DNA of 64,000 nt from an uncultured delta proteobacterium (GCA_963815115.1 CAWFFN010000007.1:1088001-1152000); one strand, 5' to 3'; positions 1-9,273 are shown, counted from the first letter of the stretch. Numbers and translations: made by a program. Notes: generated by a model from the sequence alone, not told the origin.

Positions 1-577
1 GGCGACCGTCATGCTGCTCGCCTACCATCGGGACCTCCGCGACCGCCGCATCCGGGCCGTCCTGCCGATCGCGCCGCCCTTTTCGTGCGCGTTCACGCGG
101 GCGTTCTACAAGGGCGTGCGCCTGCCCTTGCTGGTCCTGCAGGGCGACGCCGACGGTCTCGTACCGATCGAGGAGAACGCGCTCCGCGTCGTGCGGCGTG
201 CGCGGGGGCCACGCGCGCTCGTCGAGCTGCACGGCGGTTCGCACCTGGGATTCACGGGATTCGCCAGTGTCCTCGGCACGCCCGGGGACATCGACCGTTT
301 CGGGTGCGACTCGTTGCTCGGGGCGACCGGATCCGACCCGTTTTTCCCGCCGCTTCCGGGCGGACGCCGTGCGGGGGTTGCGAGCGACCAGTGCTCGCCG
401 CCCTGCCAGTCGGCGCCGCCGCTGGCGACGCTCGATTTCGAGCGCCAGCACGAGCTGACGCGCATCGTCGCGGCAGCGTTCTTCGACGCCGAGCTCGGCG
501 GCGACCGGAGCGCGCGCTGCTGGCTCGCGCGGGGACTAGCCGGCGAGAACCCGGATGTCGCCACGCGGCGGCGCTGA
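1..577 (+). CDS. Alpha/beta hydrolase family protein, C-terminal part (5' end outside window)
   Basis: Motifs DRRIRAVLPIAP, LLVLQGDADGLV (acid) and GGSHLGF (His), as in secreted dienelactone-hydrolase-like enzymes. Confidence 0.7.
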   Translation, partial: ATVMLLAYHRDLRDRRIRAVLPIAPPFSCAFTRAFYKGVRLPLLVLQGDADGLVPIEENALRVVRRARGPRALVELHGGSHLGFTGFASVLGTPGDIDRFGCDSLLGATGSDPFFPPLPGGRRAGVASDQCSPPCQSAPPLATLDFERQHELTRIVAAAFFDAELGGDRSARCWLARGLAGENPDVATRRR

Positions 578-791
578 CTGCCGCCGCCCGCTCCAGCGCC
601 GCCACGGCCAGGAGCGGGCGCGAGCACCCGCCCGGCGGCGAAGCAGGTGACTAGGGAAGCTCTGCCGCAAGGCGCTCGACATGGTAAAAGAGGAGCGTGT
701 CGGGCGATGAAGCTGGGAGGTGGGGGATGGGTGAGCAGCGCACGTTCGCCGGCATCGCGTGGAGCCAGAAGGGCAAGGTGAGCCGGCTACT

Positions 792-1664
792 ATGACCAAC
801 GCGCTGCTCCTCCTCTTCGCGACGTCGGCCCTCGCCTCGCCCACTGCCACCCTCCCCGTGAGCACGAAGCGTGGGCTGTGCGCGACCACGTGCCAGGCTC
901 AGAGGGCCGTCCTCTGCGGCGGCCTTGCCGGCGCGGAGGCCGAGCAGTGTGGCGAGGCGCTCGAGTCGGCCTGCCGCCGAGGCAACCCGCAGGAGGTCTG
1001 CGCGATCACGAATGACGCGGCGGCGGCCGGGGCAGTGCTGTGTCAGAAGCCCAACGGCCTGGTGATCCTGCGGAATGCGTCTCCAGGATGCAAGCCGAAG
1101 GAGACGGAGATCGGTGTCCTGGGGGAGCCGGCGCCGGGCGGGGCGACCGGGCCCACGGGTCCTACCGGCCCTGCTGGTTCTCCTGGTCCGCAAGGCCCGC
1201 CGGGGCCGACGGGTTCGCAGGGCGTGCAAGGCGTTCCGGGGCCACCCGGCTCGATTGGCCCCCCCGGGCCCACGGGCGAGGTCGGTGATGCTGGACCCAC
1301 CGGCCCCACGGGGGCGATGGGAACGACTGGCCCGACGGGGGCGACAGGTGCCACGGGCGCGGGCTCGACGGTGCGTGTCACGGTCGAGACGGCGACGACC
1401 GTGAGTGAGGTGCGGCCCGACGTGGGGACGTTGCTCGCCGCCACCGCAAGCTGTCCACCAGGCCAGCAGGCGACGGGTGGGGGCGTGTCGGCCTCGCCGA
1501 GCAACAGCGCGGACGATTCCCGCCTACACACCCTCGAGTCGGGCCCCGTCCCTGGCGCCATCCCGCCCGTGCAGTGGTTCGGTCGCATCGGGGTGATTCA
1601 ACGCTTCTCGCCCGGCAGCGTGTTGACGTTGACGGTGTTTGTGCTGTGCGTGCCGGCTCCGTAG
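792..1664 (+). CDS. Secreted collagen-like (Gly-X-Y) protein
   Basis: Signal peptide [15 protein letters not shown], Cys-rich N-terminal domain, 25 consecutive GXY triplets ([12 protein letters not shown]...GATGAG), C-terminal SCPPG...GGG...VLCV domain. Confidence 0.8.
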   Translation: MTNALLLLFATSALASPTATLPVSTKRGLCATTCQAQRAVLCGGLAGAEAEQCGEALESACRRGNPQEVCAITNDAAAAGAVLCQKPNGLVILRNASPGCKPKETEIGVLGEPAPGGATGPTGPTGPAGSPGPQGPPGPTGSQGVQGVPGPPGSIGPPGPTGEVGDAGPTGPTGAMGTTGPTGATGATGAGSTVRVTVETATTVSEVRPDVGTLLAATASCPPGQQATGGGVSASPSNSADDSRLHTLESGPVPGAIPPVQWFGRIGVIQRFSPGSVLTLTVFVLCVPAP

Positions 1665-1854
1665 CGGAGGGGTTCGTTCATGGCGGTAGACCAGTTGCCG
1701 CCGAAATTCCCAGCCCTCGACGACGCGCCCAGGCGAGACGCCGGGTGTCGTCGATTCCTCCTGGAGCCGGTCGTGCGATCCCGGCAGCCTCCCAGAGAGT
1801 GCCAGGCCCCGCGGCCTGGCCGAGTGAACGACGTTGACCCACGACCTTCCTGGT

Positions 1855-1872
1855 TGTACAGGAACCGGTACA
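1855..1872 (+). promoter_or_regulatory. YefM-type operator overlapping the yefM-yoeB promoter
   Basis: TGTACA (1855) and GGTACA (1867) 12 bp apart, matching the known YefM TGTACA double-repeat arrangement; TTGACC -35-like hexamer at 1834-1839. Confidence 0.65.
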
Positions 1873-1885
1873 ACTCCAAGATGCG

Positions 1886-2134
1886 ATGAACATTGTCGGC
1901 TACAGTGCGGCGCGACAGCGGTTGGCAAAGCTGATGGACTCCGTGGTCGATGATCGCCGGCCGGTCGTGGTCACGCGGCGAAAGGCCCCGGCGGTGGTCA
2001 TGCTGGCGCTCGACGAGTACGAGGCGATGGCCGAGACCCTCCACCTCTTGCGCAGTCCGAAGAACGCGCGCCGGCTGCACAAAGCGGTACGCGACGCCGA
2101 CGCTCGCCGGTTCGTCCGTAGTCCGCGAGGATGA
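1886..2134 (+). CDS. yefM: YefM/Phd family antitoxin
   Basis: YSAARQRLAKLMDSV...PVVVTR...VMLALDEYEAMAETLHLLRSPKNARRL. Confidence 0.92.
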   Translation: MNIVGYSAARQRLAKLMDSVVDDRRPVVVTRRKAPAVVMLALDEYEAMAETLHLLRSPKNARRLHKAVRDADARRFVRSPRG

Positions 2135-2397
2135 TCGAGCGCTGGACGGCGGGAGCCGCCCAGGACTACCGCTGGTTCCGCGCCCAGGATCCGAGGACCG
2201 CGGCCCGCATCGATCGCCTGATCGAGGAGACCAAGCGCAGGCCGTTCGCGGGTATCGGCAAACCAGAACCGCTCCGCGGGACGCTGACCGGGTGGTGGTC
2301 GCGCCGTATTGCGGGCGAGCATCGCCTCGTGTACCGCGTCGTGGGCAAGGGCGCAGCGCGTGAGTTGCAGATCGCGCAGTGTCGATACCACTACTGA
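2131..2397 (+). CDS. yoeB: YoeB/Txe family toxin
   Basis: GIGKPEPLRGTLTGWWSRRIAGEHRLVY...CRYHY; ATGA overlap with yefM. Confidence 0.95.
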   Translation: MIERWTAGAAQDYRWFRAQDPRTAARIDRLIEETKRRPFAGIGKPEPLRGTLTGWWSRRIAGEHRLVYRVVGKGAARELQIAQCRYHY

Positions 2398-2442
2398 AGC
2401 AGTGGACTGACCCGACCACGAAGCGCGTTCGGGTAGTGTTCG

Positions 2443-2485
2443 AGTGCGCCCAGGCTGATTCGAACAGCCGACCTTCTGATTCGTA
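2443..2485 (-). repeat. tRNA-Arg 3'-half copy 1 (att scar)
   Basis: 43 bp identical to 3590-3632; runs from the anticodon loop to the acceptor end. Confidence 0.92.
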
Positions 2486-2813
2486 ACCGTCGGCACGCGT
2501 GCTCGTCCGTCCTGATTCAGCGTCATCCGTAGCCATTCGCGGACGCGCGGCCTCGATGACTTCGGATGACGTCGAATCAGCTCAGATGGCGCGGTTACCG
2601 AGTAGTCATCGAGAACCAGCCGAGGCGGCGGGCGAGCGCCACGATCGCGCGCTGTTCCTGGAAGACGCGCCGGGCAGATGGCTGGTAGGCACGAAGAGCG
2701 AATACCCCTTCGTGCGTCTTCCACGACCGCGAACGAACCGAGTGGACCCCGGGGGCGGAACTGCCACCCTCAAGCGACGCACGAAGCGGCGGCAGCCAAG
2801 CAACTGATCTCTC

Positions 2814-2857
2814 AGTGCGCCCAGGTTGATTCGGACAGCCGACCTTCTGATTCGTAG
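2814..2857 (-). repeat. tRNA-Arg 3'-half copy 2 (degenerate att scar)
   Basis: 44 bp, 2 mismatches versus 3590-3633 (T-loop and T-stem damaged). Confidence 0.9.
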
Positions 2858-3088
2858 ACAGAAGATTTTTCGCGTGCTCCGCCCACGATTGGCGCGGGTT
2901 TTCAGCGTCTCCCGAGGCGCTCAGATCCCGATGTCGCCAGTCGTGTCGCCACCCAGGAGCGACGCAGCGATCCTGCCGTGCTTCGGGTCGTCCTGCAGCC
3001 GATCGGCCGCACCCAGGGCCTCTGAGCAAGACCACCCGTGGATCCGTCCTCGGTGTTACTCGTACTCCTGGCGTGGTAACGTCGAGCC

Positions 3089-3295
3089 ATGGAGGAGCTG
3101 ATCTTCGTGGTCGAGGAGGCACCGGAGGGGGGCTTCACGGTCCGCGCGCTCGGGCCGTCCATCTTCACCGAAGCGGACACCGTCCCCGAGCTGCACGCAC
3201 AGGTCCGAGATGCCGTGAGCTGCCACTTCGACGAGGGTCAGGCCCCCAAGGTGATCCGGCTTCATTTCGTCCGCGACGAAGTGATCTCGGCATGA
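3089..3295 (+). CDS. hicB: HicB-like antitoxin (short, RNase H-like fold only)
   Basis: LIFVVEEAPEGGFTVRALGPSIFTEADTVPELHAQVRDAVSCHF; ATGA overlap with a hicA-like gene. Confidence 0.75.
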   Translation: MEELIFVVEEAPEGGFTVRALGPSIFTEADTVPELHAQVRDAVSCHFDEGQAPKVIRLHFVRDEVISA

Positions 3296-3542
3296 AGCTG
3301 CCGCGGGACCTATCGGGTCCCGACCTGGCGAAGGTGTTGCGTAGCCTCGGCTACAAGGTCACCCGCGCCAAACCGGAAGCCACATGCGGTTGACCACCAC
3401 GCAGCGCGGCGAGCATCACGTCACCGTACCTGGCCACGGCCCGCTCAGCGTCGGGACACTCGCCGGCATCCTCGCTGACGTGGCCGCCCACTTCGAGATG
3501 AGCCGCGATGACCTGATGATGAAGCTCTTCGGCGGGAACTGA
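3292..3542 (+). pseudogene. hicA: HicA family toxin, frameshifted (extra GC at ~3367)
   Basis: Removing 2 nt gives MKLPRDLSGPDLAKVLRSLGYKVTRQTGSHMRL...HHVTVPGHGPLSVGTLAGIL..., with the HicA GSH motif; may be an assembly error. Confidence 0.85.
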
Positions 3543-3588
3543 CAGCGGACTTCGCACTGTCCGCGGGACTCGGGCGACTCGGGACCGA

Positions 3589-3633
3589 AAGTGCGCCCAG
3601 GCTGATTCGAACAGCCGACCTTCTGATTCGTAG
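3589..3633 (-). repeat. tRNA-Arg 3'-half copy 3, distal att site of the 15 kb element
   Basis: 43/45 identical to 18686-18730; the two differences are a compensatory T-stem base pair. Confidence 0.95.
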
Positions 3634-3685
3634 CAGGAAGGTCGGCCGCACACTTCCCGCTGGAAAGTCACGCGCTTCGCGCCGC

Positions 3686-4879
3686 TCAGGCGTCGCCGCT
3701 TGCAGCGCCGCTTGCAACCAGCGCCGCCAGCCGATCCGCTGCCGCCGGATCGCGGTCGCGAATCCAGCTCCCGTAGACGTCGATCGTCACCCGGATCGAG
3801 CTGTGTCCGAGCTGCTGCTGCACCCACTGCGGCTTCGCCCCGGCGAGCAGGTGCAGGGTGGCGAACGAGTGCCGCAGCGCGTGCGGCGAGAACGGGGCGG
3901 GCTCTCCCGTTGCCATGAACCCGGCCTTCACGAGCACCCGGGCGAAGTCGCGCTCGACGTTCCGCTGGCTGAACGGCGTGCCGTTGCCCGTGACGAACAG
4001 CCACGGCGGCACGGGACGCCAGCGCCGGCCCATCGCGAGCGCCGGGCGCTTCGCCTTCACGTCCGCGAGCACGGCGATCAGCTCCTCGCTGAGGTCGATG
4101 GTGCGCGCGCGACTCGTCTTCGTGGTCCCGGGCATCGGCCGCCGCGGACTCGAGTCCTGCCCGAGCGACCGGCGGACGTCCCCTTCCCGCTGGTCGAGGT
4201 GGAGATCCTCGAGCTGCCAGCCGAGCAGCTCGCCGAGGCGGAGCCCGGTATGGGCGCCGGCGAGGTAGAGGCCGTGCAGCCGCGAGCACCGCTCCGCCAT
4301 CGCGAGGAAGCGAGTGAGCTGGTCCTGGTCCATGGCCTTCACCCGGTCCTCGCCGTCCGGGTCGGCCTCGAACTGCTTGCGCAACGTCTTGCCGGGGACG
4401 GCGACGGGGTTGAGTGCGATCAGCTCGTCCTCGGCCGCCTCATTCAGCAGCGCGCGGAGGGCGGCGAACATCAGGCGGACGCTGTCCGGGGCGTAGCCCT
4501 CCCGTCGCTTCGCCACGACGAGCGCCTTCACAAGGGGCCGCTGGATGTCGGCGAGCCGCAGATCCCCGAGCCGCCGGCCCCGCACCACGAAGGGCAGGAC
4601 ATGCTGCTCGAGGAGCGCCTGATAACTCGCGCGCGTCCGCGGCTTCCAGGTCGCCGCATTCGCCTCGAGCCAGAGCGCCGCATAGGCGGCGAGCGTCTGT
4701 CCCGGATCGCCCACCGGATGCAGCGTCACCTTGGGCGTCGCGTTGACGACGGCCTGCCGTGCCTCGGCCTCCGTCTTCGTGGCGTAGAACTCCTGCCGGC
4801 GCTTGCCATGGGCGGTCGTGAACTCGACCTTCCAGCGGACCGCGCCGTGGTTGTGGACCTTGGTCGGCTTGCCGGTCAT
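3686..4879 (-). CDS. int: Tyrosine recombinase / phage integrase
   Basis: TGLRLGELLG (R), TTKT (K), HALRHSFAT (HxxR), LGHS and DVY (Y); N-terminal arm-binding region; abuts the att site. Confidence 0.97.
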   Translation of the reverse strand: MTGKPTKVHNHGAVRWKVEFTTAHGKRRQEFYATKTEAEARQAVVNATPKVTLHPVGDPGQTLAAYAALWLEANAATWKPRTRASYQALLEQHVLPFVVRGRRLGDLRLADIQRPLVKALVVAKRREGYAPDSVRLMFAALRALLNEAAEDELIALNPVAVPGKTLRKQFEADPDGEDRVKAMDQDQLTRFLAMAERCSRLHGLYLAGAHTGLRLGELLGWQLEDLHLDQREGDVRRSLGQDSSPRRPMPGTTKTSRARTIDLSEELIAVLADVKAKRPALAMGRRWRPVPPWLFVTGNGTPFSQRNVERDFARVLVKAGFMATGEPAPFSPHALRHSFATLHLLAGAKPQWVQQQLGHSSIRVTIDVYGSWIRDRDPAAADRLAALVASGAASGDA

Positions 4880-5070
4880 CGCTTACCGCCGCGCGGGATC
4901 GTCGCGTCGGTGATGACGTACTTTATCAAGCGGACGACCCCCGCGGGGACGGCTACGGTGCCCTGCTCCCAGCGCCCGACCGTCCGGGGTGTCACGCCGA
5001 GGCGACGGGCGAACTCGACTTGCGTCCACTGCTGGCGCCGCCGGAGCCGGCGGACCTCCTGACTGGTCAT
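4876..5070 (-). CDS. XRE/Cro-type HTH regulator
   Basis: VRRLRRRQQWTQVEFARRLGVTPRTVGRWEQG; ATGA overlap with int. Confidence 0.85.
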   Translation of the reverse strand: MTSQEVRRLRRRQQWTQVEFARRLGVTPRTVGRWEQGTVAVPAGVVRLIKYVITDATIPRGGKR

Positions 5071-5284
5071 GCTGTCCAGTAGACACCATGTCCTGCCCGG
5101 TGTCCAGACGGCCCGCGAGGAAGGCCTCGAGGGCGGCCGGATGCACCCGGAAGCACTTGCGGCTCGCGATCAGCGCCGGAAGCCGGCCGGCGCGGATCAG
5201 CCGGCGCACCTCGCGCTCGCGGATCTGGAGCACCGCCGCGACCTGGGCGGGCGTGAGCGCGTGCAGGTGCTCGGCGTCGGCCAT
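4883..5284 (-). CDS. Excisionase-like HTH protein (long C-terminal tail overlapping the XRE gene is doubtful)
   Basis: LTPAQVAAVLQIREREVRRLIRAGRLPA...FRVHPAALEAFL; AAGGAG RBS before ATG at 5284. Confidence 0.75.
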   Translation of the reverse strand: MADAEHLHALTPAQVAAVLQIREREVRRLIRAGRLPALIASRKCFRVHPAALEAFLAGRLDTGQDMVSTGQHDQSGGPPAPAAPAVDASRVRPSPRRDTPDGRALGAGHRSRPRGGRPLDKVRHHRRDDPARR

Positions 5285-5343
5285 CACTCCTTCGGGTTGA
5301 GGCGCGCGCGCCGGTGTCGAGCCGTCGCGCGCGCCGTCTCGTC

Positions 5344-5787
5344 TCAGTATTCGTCGGGGAGAAGCACTGTCGTCTGCGGACGACCACGACGATCCGTCAT
5401 CACCCACACCTCCTCGATGCCCGGCACGTCCGCATAGCTGCTGTGCACCGTGGTGTAGGCACCATCGCGGTGCGCGATGGCCGACAGCGTGCCGGCGTCG
5501 TCCGTCGCGAAGCAGCCACGCCGCAGCTGATCGTCGGTCACCTCGATCGTCCTCACGTGACCGAACTTGCCGAAGTCCCCTTGCGCGTGCCGCAAGAGCC
5601 AGGGGGTGAGGACGCTCGCGACGGGCTTGAATCCCTGCCCGTGCAGTCCGAGCGCCGTGACGACCCCTGGTGTCACCACCACCGGCCCGAGGTGCACGAA
5701 GTCGACGACGCTGCTGAAGATGAACTGCACGCCACCCTCGTCGATGAGGTCCTGCACGCTCCCGAACTCGAACTCGATCGCTTCCAT
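5344..5787 (-). CDS. Plasmid/ICE-related hypothetical protein
   Basis: LGPVVVTPG...LLRHAQGDFG...VWVMTD...TTVLLPDEY resembles a family common on mobile elements. Confidence 0.65.
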   Translation of the reverse strand: MEAIEFEFGSVQDLIDEGGVQFIFSSVVDFVHLGPVVVTPGVVTALGLHGQGFKPVASVLTPWLLRHAQGDFGKFGHVRTIEVTDDQLRRGCFATDDAGTLSAIAHRDGAYTTVHSSYADVPGIEEVWVMTDRRGRPQTTVLLPDEY

Positions 5788-6008
5788 GTCTGCCTCCCTA
5801 GTGAGCCCCGCGTCCTCAACGCGGGGGCTGGCCGCGGCCGGCGCCGCGGGCGTGGTGGTGGTGGTGCGGCAGGACCAGCAGCGCAGGTCCAGATCGCCAC
5901 CGGCCGGGGCGATCAAGACGCCGCAGCTCCGACAGGGCACCCGTCGGACGACGTCCCCAGTGGACGGCCAGACGCCGATGTCGCTCCGGGCGATGTCATC
6001 CGGGCGCA

Positions 6009-8384
6009 TCACGGCACGAACCCGCCCTTGGGCGGCCAGGGCGTAGGCGTACCAGCCGAGATGACGGTGACCGGACCGAAGATCTCGACGACGGTCTGGA
6101 GAGCAGCCTTGTCCGCCGCCAACGTCGCGGCCATGTCGTCGACGACATCGTCGGGCCCATCGACGAGGAGCTTGTCCCCGTCGATGTCGATGAGGATCTC
6201 GTCGGGATCCGGCTCCCGGTCGCAGCCGGCGCACTCGAGAGAGCCGCAGGTCACGCAGGCGAGGCGGACTCGATTCCCACTACCCCCTACCCCTGGGGAA
6301 GTAGAAAACGCCGGGAAGCGGGAAGCCGATTTTGACCCCTTCTCTCCCAAGGGTTTCCGCTCCGTTTCGCTTCCCGCCCTTGTGTCGCATGGCCGGGAAG
6401 CGGGGGTGCTCGCTGCGGCACGACTGGCGCGGCTTCCAGGATCCGCTTCCCGCTTCCCGGCTTCCCGCTCACTTCTCCCGACCACGACGGTGGGGTGCCC
6501 CGCCCGCATCAGATCCTTCACCAAGGACCAGGCGCGCCCGTCGTGCTCGTCGAGCAGCGCACGAGCCCGGTTCCGAGGGGCGCCCGCATCCTGGAGGACG
6601 GCGCCCGCCTCGCCCAGGGTGAGCGGCAACTCCGTGGCCTTCGCCCGACGGTCCACCTCGGCCACGAGGGTGGCGACAAGCTTGGCCTCAGCCTCGGCCC
6701 GTTCGGCGGCCGCCTGCGCCCGGGCGGTCTCGCCGGCCGCGTGGAGCTCCGGAGTCACCTCGCGCAGCGACCAGGGCTCGGCGCCGAGGGAGATCTCGAG
6801 GGCGAACGGCTCCGGCTCCTCCCCGACCCGGAACTTCGACGGGATGAAGGCGAGGACGTAGCGGTCCCGCTTCGTGCGGCGCGTGGCCCGCTCGGCCCAA
6901 TCGGCCCGGCCAGCCGCTGGCAACTCGGTCCACCACTCCTTCGTCCCGCTCGGCTGAAAGCCGGTGGCGTCCCGCACCTCGTAGGCGATGTCGGCTCGGT
7001 CCTCGATGACGCCGCTCCCCCGCCCGTGCGAGCCGCTCTTGATGGTGTTGCCGAGGACGAGGATCGCGGGGCCGCCAGCCCGATGGACGATGTCGAGCAG
7101 CGGCGCGATGGCCTTCGCCGGCTTGCTGGAATCCTGCTCGCCGATGCCCTCGGTGCTCGCGTCCAAGCTGTCGACGATCACGAACGCATAGGTGCCGAAC
7201 GGGAACGTCCGCCAGGCCGCGGCGTCAGTGAGCGGCGGGACCTCGTCGCGGGTCATCACTTTGAGCGTGGTGAGATCCGCAGCCCCCCAGGCACGCAGCC
7301 GTCGCCGGATCTCCCGCTTCGCGTTGTCGCGGTCGAGCAGCAGGACCTCCTGCCCCTTCCGCGCCAGCTCGATGGCGAAGGCGTACGAGACGTGAGTTTT
7401 TCCCAGACCTCTCGGTGAAAAGAAGTTGGTGAGCGAGCCCTGGCTGAGGACGCGGGGGATGAGCCAATCGAGTGCGGGATCATCACCGGCAAGAAATTCG
7501 GTGGCCGGCACAGCCCTGCTCCAGATGTTTCCCGACGAGCCGGCACCCGTGAACGAGGTGCCGGTGTCGAACGTGTCGGGCCCGAACCAGCTCGCGAGCT
7601 TCTCGAGGACGGGGGCACCCACCAGCTCGGCCACGCGAGGGCCGCCGGTCGCCTGGCCGCCCCGGGCGAGTCGCTGCGCCGTCGTGAGCACGTCCCGCAC
7701 GCGGTCGCGCGTCTCTTCGTCGCCGGCCACCCCCGCTGCCGCCCCGACGATTGTCTGCACGACCTCCACGGGCACGGCGCGCCGCAAGAGATACCCCGCA
7801 GCGGCAAGGGCAAGGTGGTGCCGCACCCCGACCTCACGCGGCCAGATCCGCGCGAGCAATGCGGTCACCGCGATGGACCGCACGGCGGCCACGAGTAGCG
7901 CGGTCGGCACCACGGCCGGGGTCCGCGGCTCGCCCTCGAACGCGATGACGTCGCCGTTCGGATGCACGGATGGCGGCCACACAGTCTGTGAGCGGGTCGA
8001 GAGCATCTCGACGAGCATGTCGGTGCGCTTCGTGACGGGATCCTGCGGGGCGGTGAACTTCGTCGTCGGCGGCGTCGGGATGCACCGATACAGCCAGTGC
8101 GACCGCGGCTTCCCGGGTCGTCCGAAGACGAGCGGCGTCGGCGACAGGAACAGCGCCGCGACGGCAACGGCTTCGGGCGCGTCGAGGTCGACGTCGACCA
8201 GGCCGCCCGACGGGTCGCCGTTCAGGACACCGACGTTGCTGTCCGGATGGAAGCGGCCGACAGACTCCTCGGTGTGGCGCTCGTCTGGCCAGTGGTCGCG
8301 GCCCGGATTCTTGGAGCCGCGGGGGATCTCGATCGGTGCGAAACCGGCGGCCAGGTACCGTCGGGCTGCTTCGATGGCGGTCAT
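6009..8384 (-). CDS. Bifunctional primase-polymerase fused to an AAA/RecA-like helicase
   Basis: N-terminal AARRYLAAGFAPIEIPRGSKNP, NVGV, LVDVDLD, HWLY, VWPPSVHPNG; Walker A SPRGLGKT; Walker B VIVDS. Confidence 0.9.
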   Translation of the reverse strand: MTAIEAARRYLAAGFAPIEIPRGSKNPGRDHWPDERHTEESVGRFHPDSNVGVLNGDPSGGLVDVDLDAPEAVAVAALFLSPTPLVFGRPGKPRSHWLYRCIPTPPTTKFTAPQDPVTKRTDMLVEMLSTRSQTVWPPSVHPNGDVIAFEGEPRTPAVVPTALLVAAVRSIAVTALLARIWPREVGVRHHLALAAAGYLLRRAVPVEVVQTIVGAAAGVAGDEETRDRVRDVLTTAQRLARGGQATGGPRVAELVGAPVLEKLASWFGPDTFDTGTSFTGAGSSGNIWSRAVPATEFLAGDDPALDWLIPRVLSQGSLTNFFSPRGLGKTHVSYAFAIELARKGQEVLLLDRDNAKREIRRRLRAWGAADLTTLKVMTRDEVPPLTDAAAWRTFPFGTYAFVIVDSLDASTEGIGEQDSSKPAKAIAPLLDIVHRAGGPAILVLGNTIKSGSHGRGSGVIEDRADIAYEVRDATGFQPSGTKEWWTELPAAGRADWAERATRRTKRDRYVLAFIPSKFRVGEEPEPFALEISLGAEPWSLREVTPELHAAGETARAQAAAERAEAEAKLVATLVAEVDRRAKATELPLTLGEAGAVLQDAGAPRNRARALLDEHDGRAWSLVKDLMRAGHPTVVVGRSEREAGKREADPGSRASRAAASTPASRPCDTRAGSETERKPLGEKGSKSASRFPAFSTSPGVGGSGNRVRLACVTCGSLECAGCDREPDPDEILIDIDGDKLLVDGPDDVVDDMAATLAADKAALQTVVEIFGPVTVISAGTPTPWPPKGGFVP
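6296..6466. repeat. GGGAAGC iteron cluster, candidate replication origin
   Basis: Forward copies at 6313, 6320, 6395; reverse copies at 6369, 6445, 6452, 6460; degenerate copies at 6296 and 6432. Confidence 0.6.
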
Positions 8385-8444
8385 GGAAAGGTACCTTCTC
8401 GGCCCGAGCCGGCGCACAAGACGCCAGCCCGGGCCGCGTTCGCG

Positions 8445-8915
8445 TCAGAAGGGGATGTCGGTCTCCGGCGGCGACGCCGGAGCCTGCGGTGATGCTGTCT
8501 GCGGTTGCGGTGACGGCAAGAGCTTGGTGATCCGTGCGAAGGATTGGCCAGGCTTCTTCGTCGACGGGACGTATTCGATCAGCGCCTGGCACTGGCGGCC
8601 GAGGAACATGCCGCTCGTGATGTTCTGCCCGTCGGCCGGGATGTGGACTCCGAGCGCCCGGCAGATCGCGCCGAGGTTCGACTTCTCGTGCGTCGAGAAG
8701 TTTGTCATGAGCTTGAAGGTCCCTTCGCCCGCGTGGCCGATGGGGACGATGTCGAAGACGAGCTTCTGTTCCGGCTCGTCTGACTGGTACTTCGTGCCTT
8801 GCTTGGTCGTGACGTCCACGACCTCGACCGGGTACACCCCAGCCGGCTTGGTCCAGTCGATGAAGCCGCCGCTCTCGGCGCGCTTTGCCTTTCCGAGGAT
8901 CTGGTCCTGTGCCAT
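8445..8915 (-). CDS. SSB-like phage replication protein
   Basis: PAGVYPVEVVDV N-terminus, acidic SSB-type tail ETDIPF, RBS AAAGGAG, upstream of the primase. Confidence 0.7.
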   Translation of the reverse strand: MAQDQILGKAKRAESGGFIDWTKPAGVYPVEVVDVTTKQGTKYQSDEPEQKLVFDIVPIGHAGEGTFKLMTNFSTHEKSNLGAICRALGVHIPADGQNITSGMFLGRQCQALIEYVPSTKKPGQSFARITKLLPSPQPQTASPQAPASPPETDIPF

Positions 8916-8936
8916 CGACAATCTCCTTTCAGGTGG

Positions 8937-9273
8937 TCAGGTCGCGGACGACGATGTTGTGTGGAGCCAGCAGCCACCGGACCCGCGGCAGTGGCGAACG
9001 TAGCCCGTCGCCAAGATGGCCCTGGCCGCCTCCTGCACCGCCTCCCGCTTCCAGCGGCGCTCGTGAGCGAGCCGCAGCACGGCCCGAACCGTCCTCCGGT
9101 CGTGGTGCAGCGAGTACGCAGCCCGGATCTTTCGCGCTGCGATGTCCGGCAAGCTCGGGTCGGTGCCGAACTCTTCGACCGAAGTGCCGGACGTTCGCGG
9201 CGGCCTTAGCGCGCCGTTCGAGTGTCCAATCGCGGGAGTGGACGGGGGGAAAGTTGAACGCTAGAGTCGTCAT
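8937..9273 (-). CDS. Hypothetical protein with an apparent +1 frameshift at ~9180
   Basis: RBS GAGGAG and ATG at 9273; dropping one G joins MTTLAFN...RHF to VEEFGTDPSLPDIAARKIR... Confidence 0.45.

Noticed and set aside
2443-2857. Additional functional tRNA genes
   Set aside because: No 5' half (D arm or acceptor 5' strand) adjoins these copies
3089-3295. '2-oxoisovalerate dehydrogenase' label often propagated to this family
   Set aside because: Only 68 aa with a HicB-like pattern, coupled to hicA
2443-3633. CRISPR array or integron attC sites
   Set aside because: The repeats are tRNA-Arg 3' halves with 328-731 bp spacing; no cas genes, no attC R'/R'' boxes, and the integrase shows no evident IntI-specific insertion
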